DNA of 64,000 bases from a virus, in the IMG/VR virus record IMGVR_UViG_3300020445_000983, positions 20,880-84,879 of that record; one strand, given 5' to 3'. Position 1 is the stretch's first letter; the number at the start of each line of letters is the position of its first letter. A program made the translations under genes and the position numbers. A model generated the notes under the pieces. That model saw only the letters and a program-made list of their open reading frames with translations. It had not been told where the DNA came from and made no database searches. Positions 22,349 through 32,080 of this stretch are shown here, piece by piece.

Positions 22349-24442
22349 TTAGAAGCAGGTATCGAAGTCTGGATATTCGAATACCGTGGTTGGATAATCA
22401 ATGATATTTATCGAGGTTCCATCGAAGTTAATTGCGGTAAAGTCGAATGGATCGAATGTTGGAATATTACTTCCATCAATTGTGTAATCAATAGTAATTA
22501 CTTGTGGGTTAAAGATAGTAGGATCGACACCTGTACCGATGTTGACATTACCAGCAGAAAGAATTACTGTAATGGGAATACGATCTGTACCATCTGGAGT
22601 TTGCTGTACACTTATAGGACCCAAACAAACTTGTCCAGTCTTATAGTTAACTGTTCCAACCCCTTGCTTCAAAACAACTTCTGCCTCATCCAGTTTAGTA
22701 ACCATAATCAAAGAACCTTTACCGTCATCGCGAACGTTGACAGGTAAAAGTGCTGAAGTATCATTCTCAATGAATGTACTTGTACTTAAAACAGAATTGG
22801 TAGTAAGTTGTTGACTCTGTACGGCAAGATTAAGTAAATTCTCCGTATATCCTGTAGAATAGAAAATACCTGATTTAACAGCCGAGAATTTGGGTTCACA
22901 GGTAGATCCTGTACCACCTGCACCAGTAGTACCACCTGAAACATCACTAGGATTCAAAATTTCATTACCAAAGTCAACGCACTGAGTAAATGTTGACCCA
23001 AATGGGAACCCAGTAACGTTCATACCCAATGTCATCGTAGTAGTATTACCACTGATAGCATTATCAGAAGAATCAACCATAGTCTGAAATGCAGAACCAT
23101 CGATTCTTCCATTAAATCTATTCGCTGACCCTTGAGAATTGTATTGATCTATAGCACCCAGTACCTTCGTAGCAACTTCGTTATTGGATTGTGCTGTCTT
23201 AGTTCCGTCAAAGAAGACATAAGACTTAGGACGAATGTACAATGTTGTAGGATCAATGATGACTGGCTCAATAGCAGCCATTGAATACTTCAAAAGATCT
23301 GTTTTTATGCGCTTCTTGGTAGTTTCGTTTAAATTTGCACCGCTCTTAGTTCTTATGGCAATGTAAACCTTCCCATATACGGGTGGATATACACGCTCAC
23401 CACCATATGCCGTTACAGACTTTGCTGATGGATAAACGTTTTTAGTGATATATTCGTAGTCAGACTCTGTGACTGCCCTATTCTGGGATGAATATGCCCT
23501 TGGAGCGTTATACTTGATGCTTATAATATCTTCTCCTTCTTCACCAGACTGTGACGCATCTACAGTTGCCAATGATATGTTACCAGCTGGTACTAAGCGT
23601 CCTGTATTGTCAACTACGCGCCCAATAAAGTTAAATTTCTTACATCCGTTTGCTGCTGAACCATCTGTGCGTACATAGCGCATCTTAATGACTTCACCTG
23701 CAATCAGTTCGCGGCAAATAATACCATCTCCGAAAATAACCTGATATCTAAGGTCATCAGTTTCCTCAAGGAAGTAACCACGAGTAGTTCCATCGACATT
23801 AACAATGTTGGTAACACGATTATAAGTGTCGATCTCCTCTGACTGTGCGTTAGGTGAGATAGAAACATACAGTAACTCTGTATCAACATTATCAACAGGA
23901 ATCTCATACTTACGTTGTTTTACATCAGTTACGGTATACTTGTATTCTAATAGGTTACCTTGATATATTACTGTCTTCTTGAAATTAGCAATACCACTAG
24001 ATTGATCTACAGCAGCACTAATATCATTAGGTACAGTAAAGATGTATGATTGACCATCTACCGCAGACATAAAGACATCTCCTTTAGGGAGTGTACACTG
24101 TGCGGGATATATGGCACTATCACCAACAAATGTTGTTTGTACAGAGAAATTGATACACGCTTTAGATGCTTTAATAGATCTTGGTGTGTAATTTAACTGC
24201 TTTGCTATCTTAACTACGTTATCACGAATAGTGGCAGACTCAAGGAATGCCTCGTTCATACTCATATTCGCGTTAAACGAAGAGTAGTATGTGTTATATG
24301 CTAAAACATCTAATAGGTATGAAGCGGCTGAACCATCAAAGTCGTAATCGGTAAACTCTGTTCTAGTTCGAAGGTACGACCTAATAGACTCTTTAATTTC
24401 ACTAAAGTCTAGGGATGTTAAATTGGATGGTATCGCAGCCAT
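22349..24442 (-). CDS. gp6: Baseplate wedge subunit gp6
   Basis: LTSLDFSEIKESIRSYLR..FTDYDFDGS..LLDVLAYNTYY and YNAPRAYSSQNRAVTESDY are T4 gp6 family motifs; lies between gp25 and gp7. Confidence 0.95.
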   Translation of the reverse strand: MAAIPSNLTSLDFSEIKESIRSYLRTRTEFTDYDFDGSAASYLLDVLAYNTYYSSFNANMSMNEAFLESATIRDNVVKIAKQLNYTPRSIKASKACINFSVQTTFVGDSAIYPAQCTLPKGDVFMSAVDGQSYIFTVPNDISAAVDQSSGIANFKKTVIYQGNLLEYKYTVTDVKQRKYEIPVDNVDTELLYVSISPNAQSEEIDTYNRVTNIVNVDGTTRGYFLEETDDLRYQVIFGDGIICRELIAGEVIKMRYVRTDGSAANGCKKFNFIGRVVDNTGRLVPAGNISLATVDASQSGEEGEDIISIKYNAPRAYSSQNRAVTESDYEYITKNVYPSAKSVTAYGGERVYPPVYGKVYIAIRTKSGANLNETTKKRIKTDLLKYSMAAIEPVIIDPTTLYIRPKSYVFFDGTKTAQSNNEVATKVLGAIDQYNSQGSANRFNGRIDGSAFQTMVDSSDNAISGNTTTMTLGMNVTGFPFGSTFTQCVDFGNEILNPSDVSGGTTGAGGTGSTCEPKFSAVKSGIFYSTGYTENLLNLAVQSQQLTTNSVLSTSTFIENDTSALLPVNVRDDGKGSLIMVTKLDEAEVVLKQGVGTVNYKTGQVCLGPISVQQTPDGTDRIPITVILSAGNVNIGTGVDPTIFNPQVITIDYTIDGSNIPTFDPFDFTAINFDGTSINIIDYPTTVFEYPDFDTCF

Positions 24443-24445
24443 TGA

Positions 24446-24859
24446 TTATGCACGTTCTAGTAGGAATTCAACAGATTGTACGAGAGTTTCACCTATAATT
24501 GTATAATCAATCTCTATATGTAGTGTGTTTTCGTCTGACTTGTCTGGAAATAGTCTGACCTGATTTAAACCTACTCTTGGTTCGAATCTAGTGACAACGT
24601 TCTTGATTTCCTCTTTAATTTCTTCAGCTACGAAGACATCAAAGGGTTCAAACAACATTTCTCTTAGACGAGAACCTTTCTTAGGTTGAAAAGGTCTTTC
24701 TGTATATCCTGTACTGACAAGATTACGAATAGACTGTTTTATGGCATTCTCGTTTTTCACCATAGAGAAGTCTTCGGTATTAGGGTTTGGTTTGAAACCA
24801 ATGCTAAAATCCCGAAATGCTCTGCTGAGAGATCTATCTGCCCTAAAGCGATATGCCAT
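24446..24859 (-). CDS. gp25: Baseplate wedge subunit gp25
   Basis: NENAIKQSIRNLVST..ERPFQP..GS.L..LFEP..FEPRV motif. Confidence 0.95.
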   Translation of the reverse strand: MAYRFRADRSLSRAFRDFSIGFKPNPNTEDFSMVKNENAIKQSIRNLVSTGYTERPFQPKKGSRLREMLFEPFDVFVAEEIKEEIKNVVTRFEPRVGLNQVRLFPDKSDENTLHIEIDYTIIGETLVQSVEFLLERA

Positions 24860-25024
24860 TTAGTCTTTGTTATGTTTTTGCAGATATTTATCTGATCTTG
24901 GATCAGTTATTAGATACTTGCAATGTTCCCACCCATTCTCCTTGAATTCCTCACTCATATCGACAGGTCGCCTTACGGGACCTTTTGTCCATTCTGGAGG
25001 TACTTCTGGTTTAGAATTCGTCAT
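24860..25024 (-). CDS. Small hypothetical protein upstream of gp25
   Basis: MTNSKPEVPPEW...YLITDPRSDKYL; abuts the gp25 start; CTAAATA late-like box upstream. Confidence 0.6.
   Translation of the reverse strand: MTNSKPEVPPEWTKGPVRRPVDMSEEFKENGWEHCKYLITDPRSDKYLQKHNKD
24885..24891 (-). promoter_or_regulatory. T4-type late promoter-like box (ATAAATA) upstream of gp25
   Basis: Near match to TATAAATA ~25 nt before the gp25 ATG. Confidence 0.5.
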
Positions 25025-25088
25025 AATTACCACACTCCACACTATTTAGCGAGTTCTGTGCTATAGTACCTATAGTTAGTTAGAGAAA

Positions 25089-25241
25089 ATGCCAGTTAAG
25101 TCAAAAGCAGGATCTTGGGGTTCAAACATTTACATTGATCCACCAGCCAAAAAGACCAGACAAGGAAATAGCAAAAATACAAAATATGCTGCTACTAGCC
25201 GAAATAGTGCTAGAAAAGCATATAAAGGGCAGGGACATTAA
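25089..25241 (+). CDS. Small basic protein (50 aa) of a type seen in cyanomyoviruses next to the PAAR gene
   Basis: MPVKSKAGSWGSNIYIDPPAKKTRQGNSKNTKYAATSRNSARKAYKGQGH; read manually, below the ORF-track cutoff. Confidence 0.7.
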   Translation: MPVKSKAGSWGSNIYIDPPAKKTRQGNSKNTKYAATSRNSARKAYKGQGH

Positions 25242-25771
25242 CCTGCCAGTACTGTAGCAGAGCCAAAAGCAACTACAGAACTACAAGGCCAACTCAATTT
25301 AGGTTTACCTGCTCCCAGAGGGTCGATTATTCGTATCACACGCCTCTTTAAGGCGAATACGGTAAAAGTAGTCGATTCAGCTACTCGGACGTGTCCTACG
25401 CCTCCCATATCCTCCATTGTGAGCAATCCACATAGTATAGGTGTTGGAATGATACAAGTTAACTTACCACAAGGACACAGATAGTTAATAATATTAGTTG
25501 TAACCGAAATGTGAGGTGTAAACGTATCCATTTCGAGCATAATCGGTAGTCTATGGACTAAAACCGTTGCTCGGAGTGGATTCATTGCTTCTAGAGGTAT
25601 TAGTGGTTGTGGTGGCCACCAACAAGTCTTATCTTTTATCGTAATACTATATGGAATCGGTGGAGATCCACAAGGTTGTGTACTATGAATAGTCGCAGGA
25701 ATAGGTATCCCGTGTCCCGAACACGGAAGTCCATTATGAAATGAAACTGGTCGTAAAACTCCTAATGCCAT
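25238..25771 (-). CDS. PAAR-like baseplate spike-tip protein (gp5.4-like) with Cys/Pro-rich insertions
   Basis: CSGHG..., TVLV...DTFTPH, GH...TVFA and the C-terminal CSSVVAFGSATVLAG match the PAAR pattern. Confidence 0.75.
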   Translation of the reverse strand: MALGVLRPVSFHNGLPCSGHGIPIPATIHSTQPCGSPPIPYSITIKDKTCWWPPQPLIPLEAMNPLRATVLVHRLPIMLEMDTFTPHISVTTNIINYLCPCGKLTCIIPTPILCGLLTMEDMGGVGHVRVAESTTFTVFALKRRVIRIIDPLGAGKPKLSWPCSSVVAFGSATVLAG

Positions 25772-28700
25772 TACTTAACGTCAAATGTTAAATCGCACTC
25801 ATCAAAATATGGGTTACCAAAAGTATTTAGTGAATCGTCTAATAATGTTGCACCTGCGCCGCCCCAGTTCCTATAGTTGAGAGACCCCTCATAAGGTCCC
25901 ATTTCCATATGGTTCTCTGCATTAACCAATTTAGGGGGAACAGCAATTGCAGCGTGTGTAACCTCTTCTAGTGCCTTTCCACAAGGTGATGCTACAACAG
26001 GTGGTGAAGAACAAGGATTATCTGCTGCTATTGCATTACCATCGCTATCATAACCTGCATTTACATCCAAAACACCATCTACAACAAAATTGTGCCAGCA
26101 CGGATTAGGGAATTTACCACCAGAACAACTTGATAAGGTTACACTATTGTAGGTTACAGTGTTAGTTTGTCCTGTAGGTTGACCGTTACCATCAACTTGT
26201 TGCTGTACTATAGTCTGTGTAGCCCATCCAGTGTAATTTCCAGCACCAGCCCACGTTTCAAACTGCTCAAGTTCGGTCATATTTGAAAGTCCGTAATCAT
26301 ATGTCTGCTCATCCCCTCCAATTGGAGCAAAAGTGTACTGTCCTGGAGAAGATTCGTAACATCTTCCCTTTGCTTGACCATTACTACAAGGGTGTGAGTT
26401 CTTAATATCACCTGAAATCTCGGTAACACGTGGTCTTAATGTGGCAGGATCACCCATACTCTTCAAGAAATTGAGAAATTCCGTGTTTGCAGTTGCTCCA
26501 GCACCAGAGACATCACCTTCAAATTGTATACTAACTCGAATTCTTGCCATTTCTCGCTTAGAACCGCAATATTTAAAGGGCATATACCCAAATACCTTCT
26601 CAACTCCGTTTTCATCTAATGAAGTATACGGACAAGGTATGTCAAAAAAGCGTCTAACCTGATACATTTTAGGTTGTCCCACCTCTACACATCCGCTAGG
26701 GTAGATTCCTGCCATCCCAGAAGACATTTTTTTCTCTACGGTACCTGAAACTGGTGCAGATTGCTTCCAAGTATTGCTAATCCACTCATTATTGGTGTTC
26801 CAATCTGGCGCAAGTGTCCTTAGTTGTCCAAAAACTGCCTCTTCATCCCAATTTCTAGCCCAATCTGTCCAACCTACACCTGAATCTGGCTGAAAACAGT
26901 TATTTGGAATAACTTCACCACAGAATTTCGTCTTTTCTTCTGTATCAACATCCGTCATTGTCAAATATCCACGCTTTACACTCGTTTCTTTGTTCTTATT
27001 GTACTCTTCGAACATACCTTGCATATCTTTTCTGTTCGATTCTAGTTTTTGGTTGGCTTCAGGAGCATCTCCACCAAATTTTTCAGTAGATTTAGCAAAT
27101 TCGTTCTCATATGGTAGGTTTCCTTCACCCACAAAGGTATCAACACGAGTATCTGACTCTCTATCAACCACAACAATACGAGGTACAAAGTTGGGAGGGT
27201 ACCCATCACCAGCATCCGTAATTATAACTTGATCAATACAACCTAATTCATCCACTGTTGCTCTAACTTTAGCTTGTTTTAGCACTCCAGTGAAGTCTGA
27301 CTCAGTAGTGTACTGTTGATTACTAATATCTGCAGCAGTTTGACGGAAATTATCTTCAGAACGTCCGTAATCAAGTGTATTAGTCATCTCTAACTGCACT
27401 TCTGTCGAAGTATCGCTAGTAAAAGACTCATTTACGTTTTTTGCGGGATCTATGAACCCCTGATCACGTAAAACTTCGGGAATTTCAATAGAAATCTCTG
27501 GAGACTTGTATCCAGACCCCGCATTAATGATTTGTATACTCGCTAACTTACCCTGAGCATTTGTAATTCCGTGCATTTCTGCTACATCAATAGATCTTTG
27601 AGGAATTAGTGCATCTGGGTCAACATTGACTCTAGTATATGCTACTTTCTTCGGAAATTCATATACACCAAATACTGCACCTTTATCTTGTATACCAAAA
27701 CCAGCTAGCGCAATAATAGTACCACTATTTTGTGAGGTATACGTATTATTGTACACAAATGCGCCACCATTGCCTTCTGCTTGTAATTGTGTCAATTCCA
27801 TATACCCACAATTCATCTCATCACCAAAATATCGCACTGCAGTAATCATCCATCCGTTAATACGCTCTCCTATAGCAAAGAATCCCGTAGATGAAGTATA
27901 TCTGAAGAATAAACGATGATCATCAGTACCAGCAGTCCAAAATGACTCTGCTCCACCTGGAGTTTGGTCGGGAACGTCCACAAATAGCCTTGTTTTCTTC
28001 GTTACCCACGCAGATTCCTTAATTTGGTAATTATATGAGTGAAAATCACGTGTTACTGTACAAGGATCGTTTTGATAGTCTTGTTGGCAACAATTTGCAT
28101 CAGAAGTAACCATATTAATGCCATATATGGGTCCATTCCACGGATATGACGCATCATAGAGGTAATATACGAATTGACCCTCAAAAGCGTCGTGAAAACC
28201 GAGGAATTTGGGCACAGCTGCCTTAACTGCCCCATTTTTGCCATAAAACCACTCAAAATGGGCAGAATCGGTCAATATTTCGGCATTATCGGGGTCTCCC
28301 CACCCTTTTACGCAAGGAACGTCCCCTTTTTCGAGCAAATAGTCGTCTGTAGTGAAGGTTCCGTTCTGTTGGTAGTCCCAATCGTACCATCCACTCCTAT
28401 CAACTTCACCAGTGTCGTGTGGTTTTCCAACTTCTATGATTCTTGCACTCTTTCTTGGTCCAGTTGAAGTCATCACATAACCCACTATCCCAACATATTG
28501 GTACTCTTCATTCATAGGGTCTTTGGGGTCAGGGAGACCAGGAACACCTGTCTGAAGGTTAACCTCGAATTGTGGTCTTAGAGTATAGAGGTGATCTGGT
28601 CCTTTGTAGTTGGCAGGAGCAAGGTACTCTAGTAATGGTAGGACTTGTTCTCCTGGTACCAGTGTCCCAGATGCTACTGCTGCTGCTTCAGATGTGAAAA

Positions 28701-29547
28701 TATATCCTAGTAGTTCTTGTCCTGATCCTGTGGTCATATATGTGTCATTGCCTGTACTATTCCAATTATTGTATAACGGTGTAGTACCGCCTATTGGTTC
28801 ATCCTCTACAGTAAAATAGAATTTACTCTTTTGTCTGGGTTCTCTATTGTATGATCTCCACTCGTGTTTGACCTCTCTTACCTCCTTCTCCTTATAGTAT
28901 GCGTGATCTCTTAGCAATCCACTGTAGTAACGGTATATTACTGTACGCTCTGTACCACACGTGTTACCAACACCTACGATCATTACTCGCGCATTACAAT
29001 CAGTGCCGTGGTTATCTTTGAAGCATAATTTCTTATTACTGTCCTGCACCAGAAGACCACCATAGCCTGTACCACCAGTTATAGTAGCATTGTATGTTGT
29101 ACCACCTACTACGTTCATAGTAGCCGAAGCAGAACCAGAGTAGTTACTGCCTTGGGTAAATGTTATATCTCCGACTTGATACGTACCTAAAGCGGTACCT
29201 GCTGTATTTGGGTTATCACTCCACGCGAAATCCAGTTGTATTGTACTATTACCAGTACCACCACATACAAGATTACCACTAGCATCAAATGTAGCGGTAA
29301 CGTTAGTAGCATTATTACCAGGTAAGGGTAAGCATATCTCTTCCTTCTCTCCAATATAAAACACTTCATCTTTACCTAGGCGATATCCTCCCTCACCTTC
29401 TCCATCAAAGGTAATCTTATAATTTGCGGGTACGTTCTTTAATCCGTCATTAGGACCACCGCCACCATCATTATAGGTGACTTTATAGTCCTGTGAATCA
29501 ATCGGGTTCTTGAAGCTCCTGCCCGTCTCTAGGATGTACGCTGGCAA
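25771..29547 (-). CDS. Large virion structural protein (1258 aa), baseplate/tail-associated
   Basis: Long ORF with TTG start, IINAGSGYxSP and ITDAGDGYP beta-repeats, Cys pairs, inside the baseplate module. Confidence 0.7.
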   Translation of the reverse strand: MPAYILETGRSFKNPIDSQDYKVTYNDGGGGPNDGLKNVPANYKITFDGEGEGGYRLGKDEVFYIGEKEEICLPLPGNNATNVTATFDASGNLVCGGTGNSTIQLDFAWSDNPNTAGTALGTYQVGDITFTQGSNYSGSASATMNVVGGTTYNATITGGTGYGGLLVQDSNKKLCFKDNHGTDCNARVMIVGVGNTCGTERTVIYRYYSGLLRDHAYYKEKEVREVKHEWRSYNREPRQKSKFYFTVEDEPIGGTTPLYNNWNSTGNDTYMTTGSGQELLGYIFTSEAAAVASGTLVPGEQVLPLLEYLAPANYKGPDHLYTLRPQFEVNLQTGVPGLPDPKDPMNEEYQYVGIVGYVMTSTGPRKSARIIEVGKPHDTGEVDRSGWYDWDYQQNGTFTTDDYLLEKGDVPCVKGWGDPDNAEILTDSAHFEWFYGKNGAVKAAVPKFLGFHDAFEGQFVYYLYDASYPWNGPIYGINMVTSDANCCQQDYQNDPCTVTRDFHSYNYQIKESAWVTKKTRLFVDVPDQTPGGAESFWTAGTDDHRLFFRYTSSTGFFAIGERINGWMITAVRYFGDEMNCGYMELTQLQAEGNGGAFVYNNTYTSQNSGTIIALAGFGIQDKGAVFGVYEFPKKVAYTRVNVDPDALIPQRSIDVAEMHGITNAQGKLASIQIINAGSGYKSPEISIEIPEVLRDQGFIDPAKNVNESFTSDTSTEVQLEMTNTLDYGRSEDNFRQTAADISNQQYTTESDFTGVLKQAKVRATVDELGCIDQVIITDAGDGYPPNFVPRIVVVDRESDTRVDTFVGEGNLPYENEFAKSTEKFGGDAPEANQKLESNRKDMQGMFEEYNKNKETSVKRGYLTMTDVDTEEKTKFCGEVIPNNCFQPDSGVGWTDWARNWDEEAVFGQLRTLAPDWNTNNEWISNTWKQSAPVSGTVEKKMSSGMAGIYPSGCVEVGQPKMYQVRRFFDIPCPYTSLDENGVEKVFGYMPFKYCGSKREMARIRVSIQFEGDVSGAGATANTEFLNFLKSMGDPATLRPRVTEISGDIKNSHPCSNGQAKGRCYESSPGQYTFAPIGGDEQTYDYGLSNMTELEQFETWAGAGNYTGWATQTIVQQQVDGNGQPTGQTNTVTYNSVTLSSCSGGKFPNPCWHNFVVDGVLDVNAGYDSDGNAIAADNPCSSPPVVASPCGKALEEVTHAAIAVPPKLVNAENHMEMGPYEGSLNYRNWGGAGATLLDDSLNTFGNPYFDECDLTFDVK

Positions 29548-29842
29548 GTTGGTCTATACGCTGTTCAAGAGTATTTAGTCTGTCGAATAGAGTATCAAAT
29601 AACTGAGTTAGGTTACTATGTTTATCATCTCCAGGTATCTTATACTGTATCATATCTGCACCACGTCCTAACATCTGCTCCATACCTGCTATACGTTCAG
29701 CTAGGTTAGTTGCAGTCTTTGCTATCATCTCAAATCTCCATTCGTTCTCTTCCTCTATATTAGCGAACTCAGGGATCTGTACCTGTGGTTTACCAGGTTG
29801 TTGGTAGTTTGGTTGTTGATCACTAGGATACTTTATGTCCAT
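29498..29842 (-). CDS. Hypothetical coiled-coil protein
   Basis: 114-aa ORF coupled to both neighbours; LFDRLNTLEQRI heptads. Confidence 0.65.
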   Translation of the reverse strand: MDIKYPSDQQPNYQQPGKPQVQIPEFANIEEENEWRFEMIAKTATNLAERIAGMEQMLGRGADMIQYKIPGDDKHSNLTQLFDTLFDRLNTLEQRIDQLASVHPRDGQELQEPD

Positions 29843-30414
29843 TAGAAATAATTAATGTTGAGTACAACACGGAATTTCTCATCCGTGCAAGATGTTCCAG
29901 CGTGCGGAGTACCTACGGGGAACTTAATCACCCTATTAGCAACCGACTCTACCTTGGGACCATCCTGGAAGAATGTATATCCGTTATTATCATTTAGGTA
30001 GAAGACTGCTGTTGTGGCACCATTAAACTGGTCCTCACCATACTCTCCACAGTCAGTATGATAATCATATTCTATCAGATTATCGGTATGGTGGTTTAGG
30101 TTTGCTTTTATTCTTATCAGTGCTCTGGGCTTCAATGCTTTAATTATAGGTAACAGGTATTCGTAGAACTCGTTCTGGGGTTGTCCTCCTGCATACAGAT
30201 AGTTTACCATCTGCCAATTATAGATCTCCTTCGCTTGTAACTCAGGGTCTACCATACGTGCTACGTGCATCACCTTCGCTTGGTTCACAAACCACGGAAA
30301 GTCCTGCCCACAGAAGCACGCTTGCATCTTAAGAAAGTCTTCCGTCTTAAGGAAGTTATCTTTCTTCAGGATAATATTATCCTTTACTATATCAACAGTT
30401 TCGAAAATTTCCAT
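29842..30414 (-). CDS. 2OG-Fe(II) oxygenase
   Basis: YHTD...TAVFYLNDNNGYT...H.GTSCTD...RVVLNINYF (HxD...H...R); start refined to ATG 30414. Confidence 0.85.
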   Translation of the reverse strand: MEIFETVDIVKDNIILKKDNFLKTEDFLKMQACFCGQDFPWFVNQAKVMHVARMVDPELQAKEIYNWQMVNYLYAGGQPQNEFYEYLLPIIKALKPRALIRIKANLNHHTDNLIEYDYHTDCGEYGEDQFNGATTAVFYLNDNNGYTFFQDGPKVESVANRVIKFPVGTPHAGTSCTDEKFRVVLNINYF

Positions 30415-30457
30415 AATAGTTACGACGCTCGCGGGGTACACTTCAAAGGGTATTAGT

Positions 30458-30643
30458 TTATTCTAAGAAATCATCGCCAGCCTCCAATTTCTCTCGTATA
30501 CTTCTCCACGTTGCTTGTACCTTTCTAAGGGGGTTTCCACCACAAACTTCAGCCTTATACAATAGACACCACTTGCCTGAATTGCAAATAAGCTGACGTT
30601 CTTCCTTTGTAAAAGTGGCTGTCCACTCAGTCTGGTCGGGCAT
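30458..30643 (-). CDS. Hypothetical protein
   Basis: 61-aa ORF preceded by CTGACT-N17-TATAAT. Confidence 0.6.
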   Translation of the reverse strand: MPDQTEWTATFTKEERQLICNSGKWCLLYKAEVCGGNPLRKVQATWRSIREKLEAGDDFLE

Positions 30644-30685
30644 CCTTTAAACAATCACAGAATCATTATAACACATAATTGAGTG

Positions 30686-30850
30686 TTAGTCAGTATCTTT
30701 GACAAATTTGGCAGTACTGTCATCAATCTCATATGTGAGGACATCAGATGGTAACCATCCCAAATCTTCGGTTAAGTCATCTGGTAGAATGATGTACAAT
30801 TCGCCTGTGTGATCGTTTTCTTGGATTGTAGTAGTAAATCTTCTAGACAT
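30686..30850 (-). CDS. AbrB/MazE (SpoVT)-like small DNA-binding protein (54 aa)
   Basis: MSRRFTTTIQENDHTGELYIILPDDLTEDLGWLPSDVLTYEID; swapped-hairpin pattern; read manually. Confidence 0.65.
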   Translation of the reverse strand: MSRRFTTTIQENDHTGELYIILPDDLTEDLGWLPSDVLTYEIDDSTAKFVKDTD

Positions 30851-31262
30851 TCTTTTTTCGTATTACATACCTGATCAAAGGTATATAGGTATCTATCTTT
30901 TCAACTTTACTGATATCATATGCTTTATGGTGTATCATATACCTGTCTCCGATATACGCTGCACCGTGTGAAACTCTTTTTCCTGTGAAGTCCATTAGCA
31001 ACAAATCTAAGACGTTGAGAGAAGATACGTCTAGGGTATCCTTCGAACTGTCATAGGTACACTCCCAGTCTTCGCCTTCCCACAACTCCTTCATAAAACT
31101 TCTAGCGGTGAAAGAGTAGTCTTCTTTACATTCGTGGTATCCGAGGTCTACACCCATATCGTACAATAGCGTGAAGCATCCCCCACCCTTCTGTTTCTTC
31201 CAAGGGCGACCAAGGTACTTCGAGTACTGCTCCTCATATTTTTTGATTAACTTATCTGACAT
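30843..31262 (-). CDS. NlpC/P60-family protein (tail-associated peptidase-like)
   Basis: YLGRPW...GGCFTLL (catalytic Cys)...DLLLM...HGAAYIG...MIH. Confidence 0.75.
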   Translation of the reverse strand: MSDKLIKKYEEQYSKYLGRPWKKQKGGGCFTLLYDMGVDLGYHECKEDYSFTARSFMKELWEGEDWECTYDSSKDTLDVSSLNVLDLLLMDFTGKRVSHGAAYIGDRYMIHHKAYDISKVEKIDTYIPLIRYVIRKKNV

Positions 31263-31439
31263 TTTTTACCCTGGGAAATTTTTTTGTATATAGGGGGACC
31301 CTAATCGCGATTTCGATAATATACTCGTCCCTATACTTTTGTAGGTTACACTAATGCAACTTTTTTAATATGTCAAAATGTTACTTAGTGCCTACACGAG
31401 TTTGTGTTACTTAGTGGGTGCAATCCTACTCCATTTGTG

Positions 31440-31643
31440 TTACTCTGCCTCATCATATTGCACATCATAACATAACCCTTCCGCTATGAAATAATCACAC
31501 AGTTGTTGATACTGAAGGAGTTCATTATGTAGGTCACAATCTATTAAGAACTGTGCACACTCTATTTGTTCATCAGGTGGCAAATTACCCTCATCAAGTA
31601 ACTCTAACCACACTGCAATCTTACTGGGAATGTGTGTAGTCAA
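31440..31643 (-). CDS. Hypothetical acidic protein
   Basis: 67-aa ORF overlapping the upstream stop. Confidence 0.6.
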   Translation of the reverse strand: MTTHIPSKIAVWLELLDEGNLPPDEQIECAQFLIDCDLHNELLQYQQLCDYFIAEGLCYDVQYDEAE

Positions 31644-31767
31644 GGTCTAAATCTCCATAGGATTGATCTTCATATTCTATCATAGATTGTCCATCTTCGC
31701 TATCATCTTCATCTAACATATTGTCGATCCAATCTTTACTATTAATAAGGCGTAATTTGTCATCCAT
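31621..31767 (-). CDS. Hypothetical acidic protein
   Basis: MDDKLRLINSKDW...; start refined to the ATG overlapping the end of the upstream gene. Confidence 0.5.
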   Translation of the reverse strand: MDDKLRLINSKDWIDNMLDEDDSEDGQSMIEYEDQSYGDLDLDYTHSQ

Positions 31768-31960
31768 TTGTGTTACCCTCAGTGTTGTAATTAGTGTTTG
31801 ATTGTTGATACTCACTGCTCTCATAATGCGTGGAGTTTGTGTTAGTAACTCGACCCTTATTACGGTTCGAATTGTTTCTCTTTTCCCTCAAAGATTTAGG
31901 TCTATTTGACTTATACGTGTCGTTACGTTTGTAAGTCCTTCCCATTGGAAATTGTGCCAC
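31760..31960 (-). CDS. Small basic R/K/N-rich protein
   Basis: MGRTYKRND..RPKSLREKR; lies downstream of a sigma70 promoter. Confidence 0.6.
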   Translation of the reverse strand: MAQFPMGRTYKRNDTYKSNRPKSLREKRNNSNRNKGRVTNTNSTHYESSEYQQSNTNYNTEGNTNG

Positions 31961-31987
31961 TATGTGACATTGTAGTGTACAACGCTA

Positions 31988-32016
31988 ATTATACAGAATT
32001 AAAGGCATATTGTAAA
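31988..32016 (-). promoter_or_regulatory. Sigma70-type early promoter TTTACA-N17-TATAAT
   Basis: Direct match with 17-nt spacer. Confidence 0.65.
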
Positions 32017-32051
32017 CCCTTTTGTGTCATTTTGTGTACATCCCCTATGTG

Positions 32052-32080
32052 TTGACAACTCGTGCGTTACTAGATAGACT
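32052..32080 (+). promoter_or_regulatory. Sigma70-type promoter TTGACA-N17-TAGACT, counter-oriented, with no downstream ORF
   Basis: Perfect -35 and 17-nt spacer; points into the DnaA-box/AT-rich tract. Confidence 0.55.
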
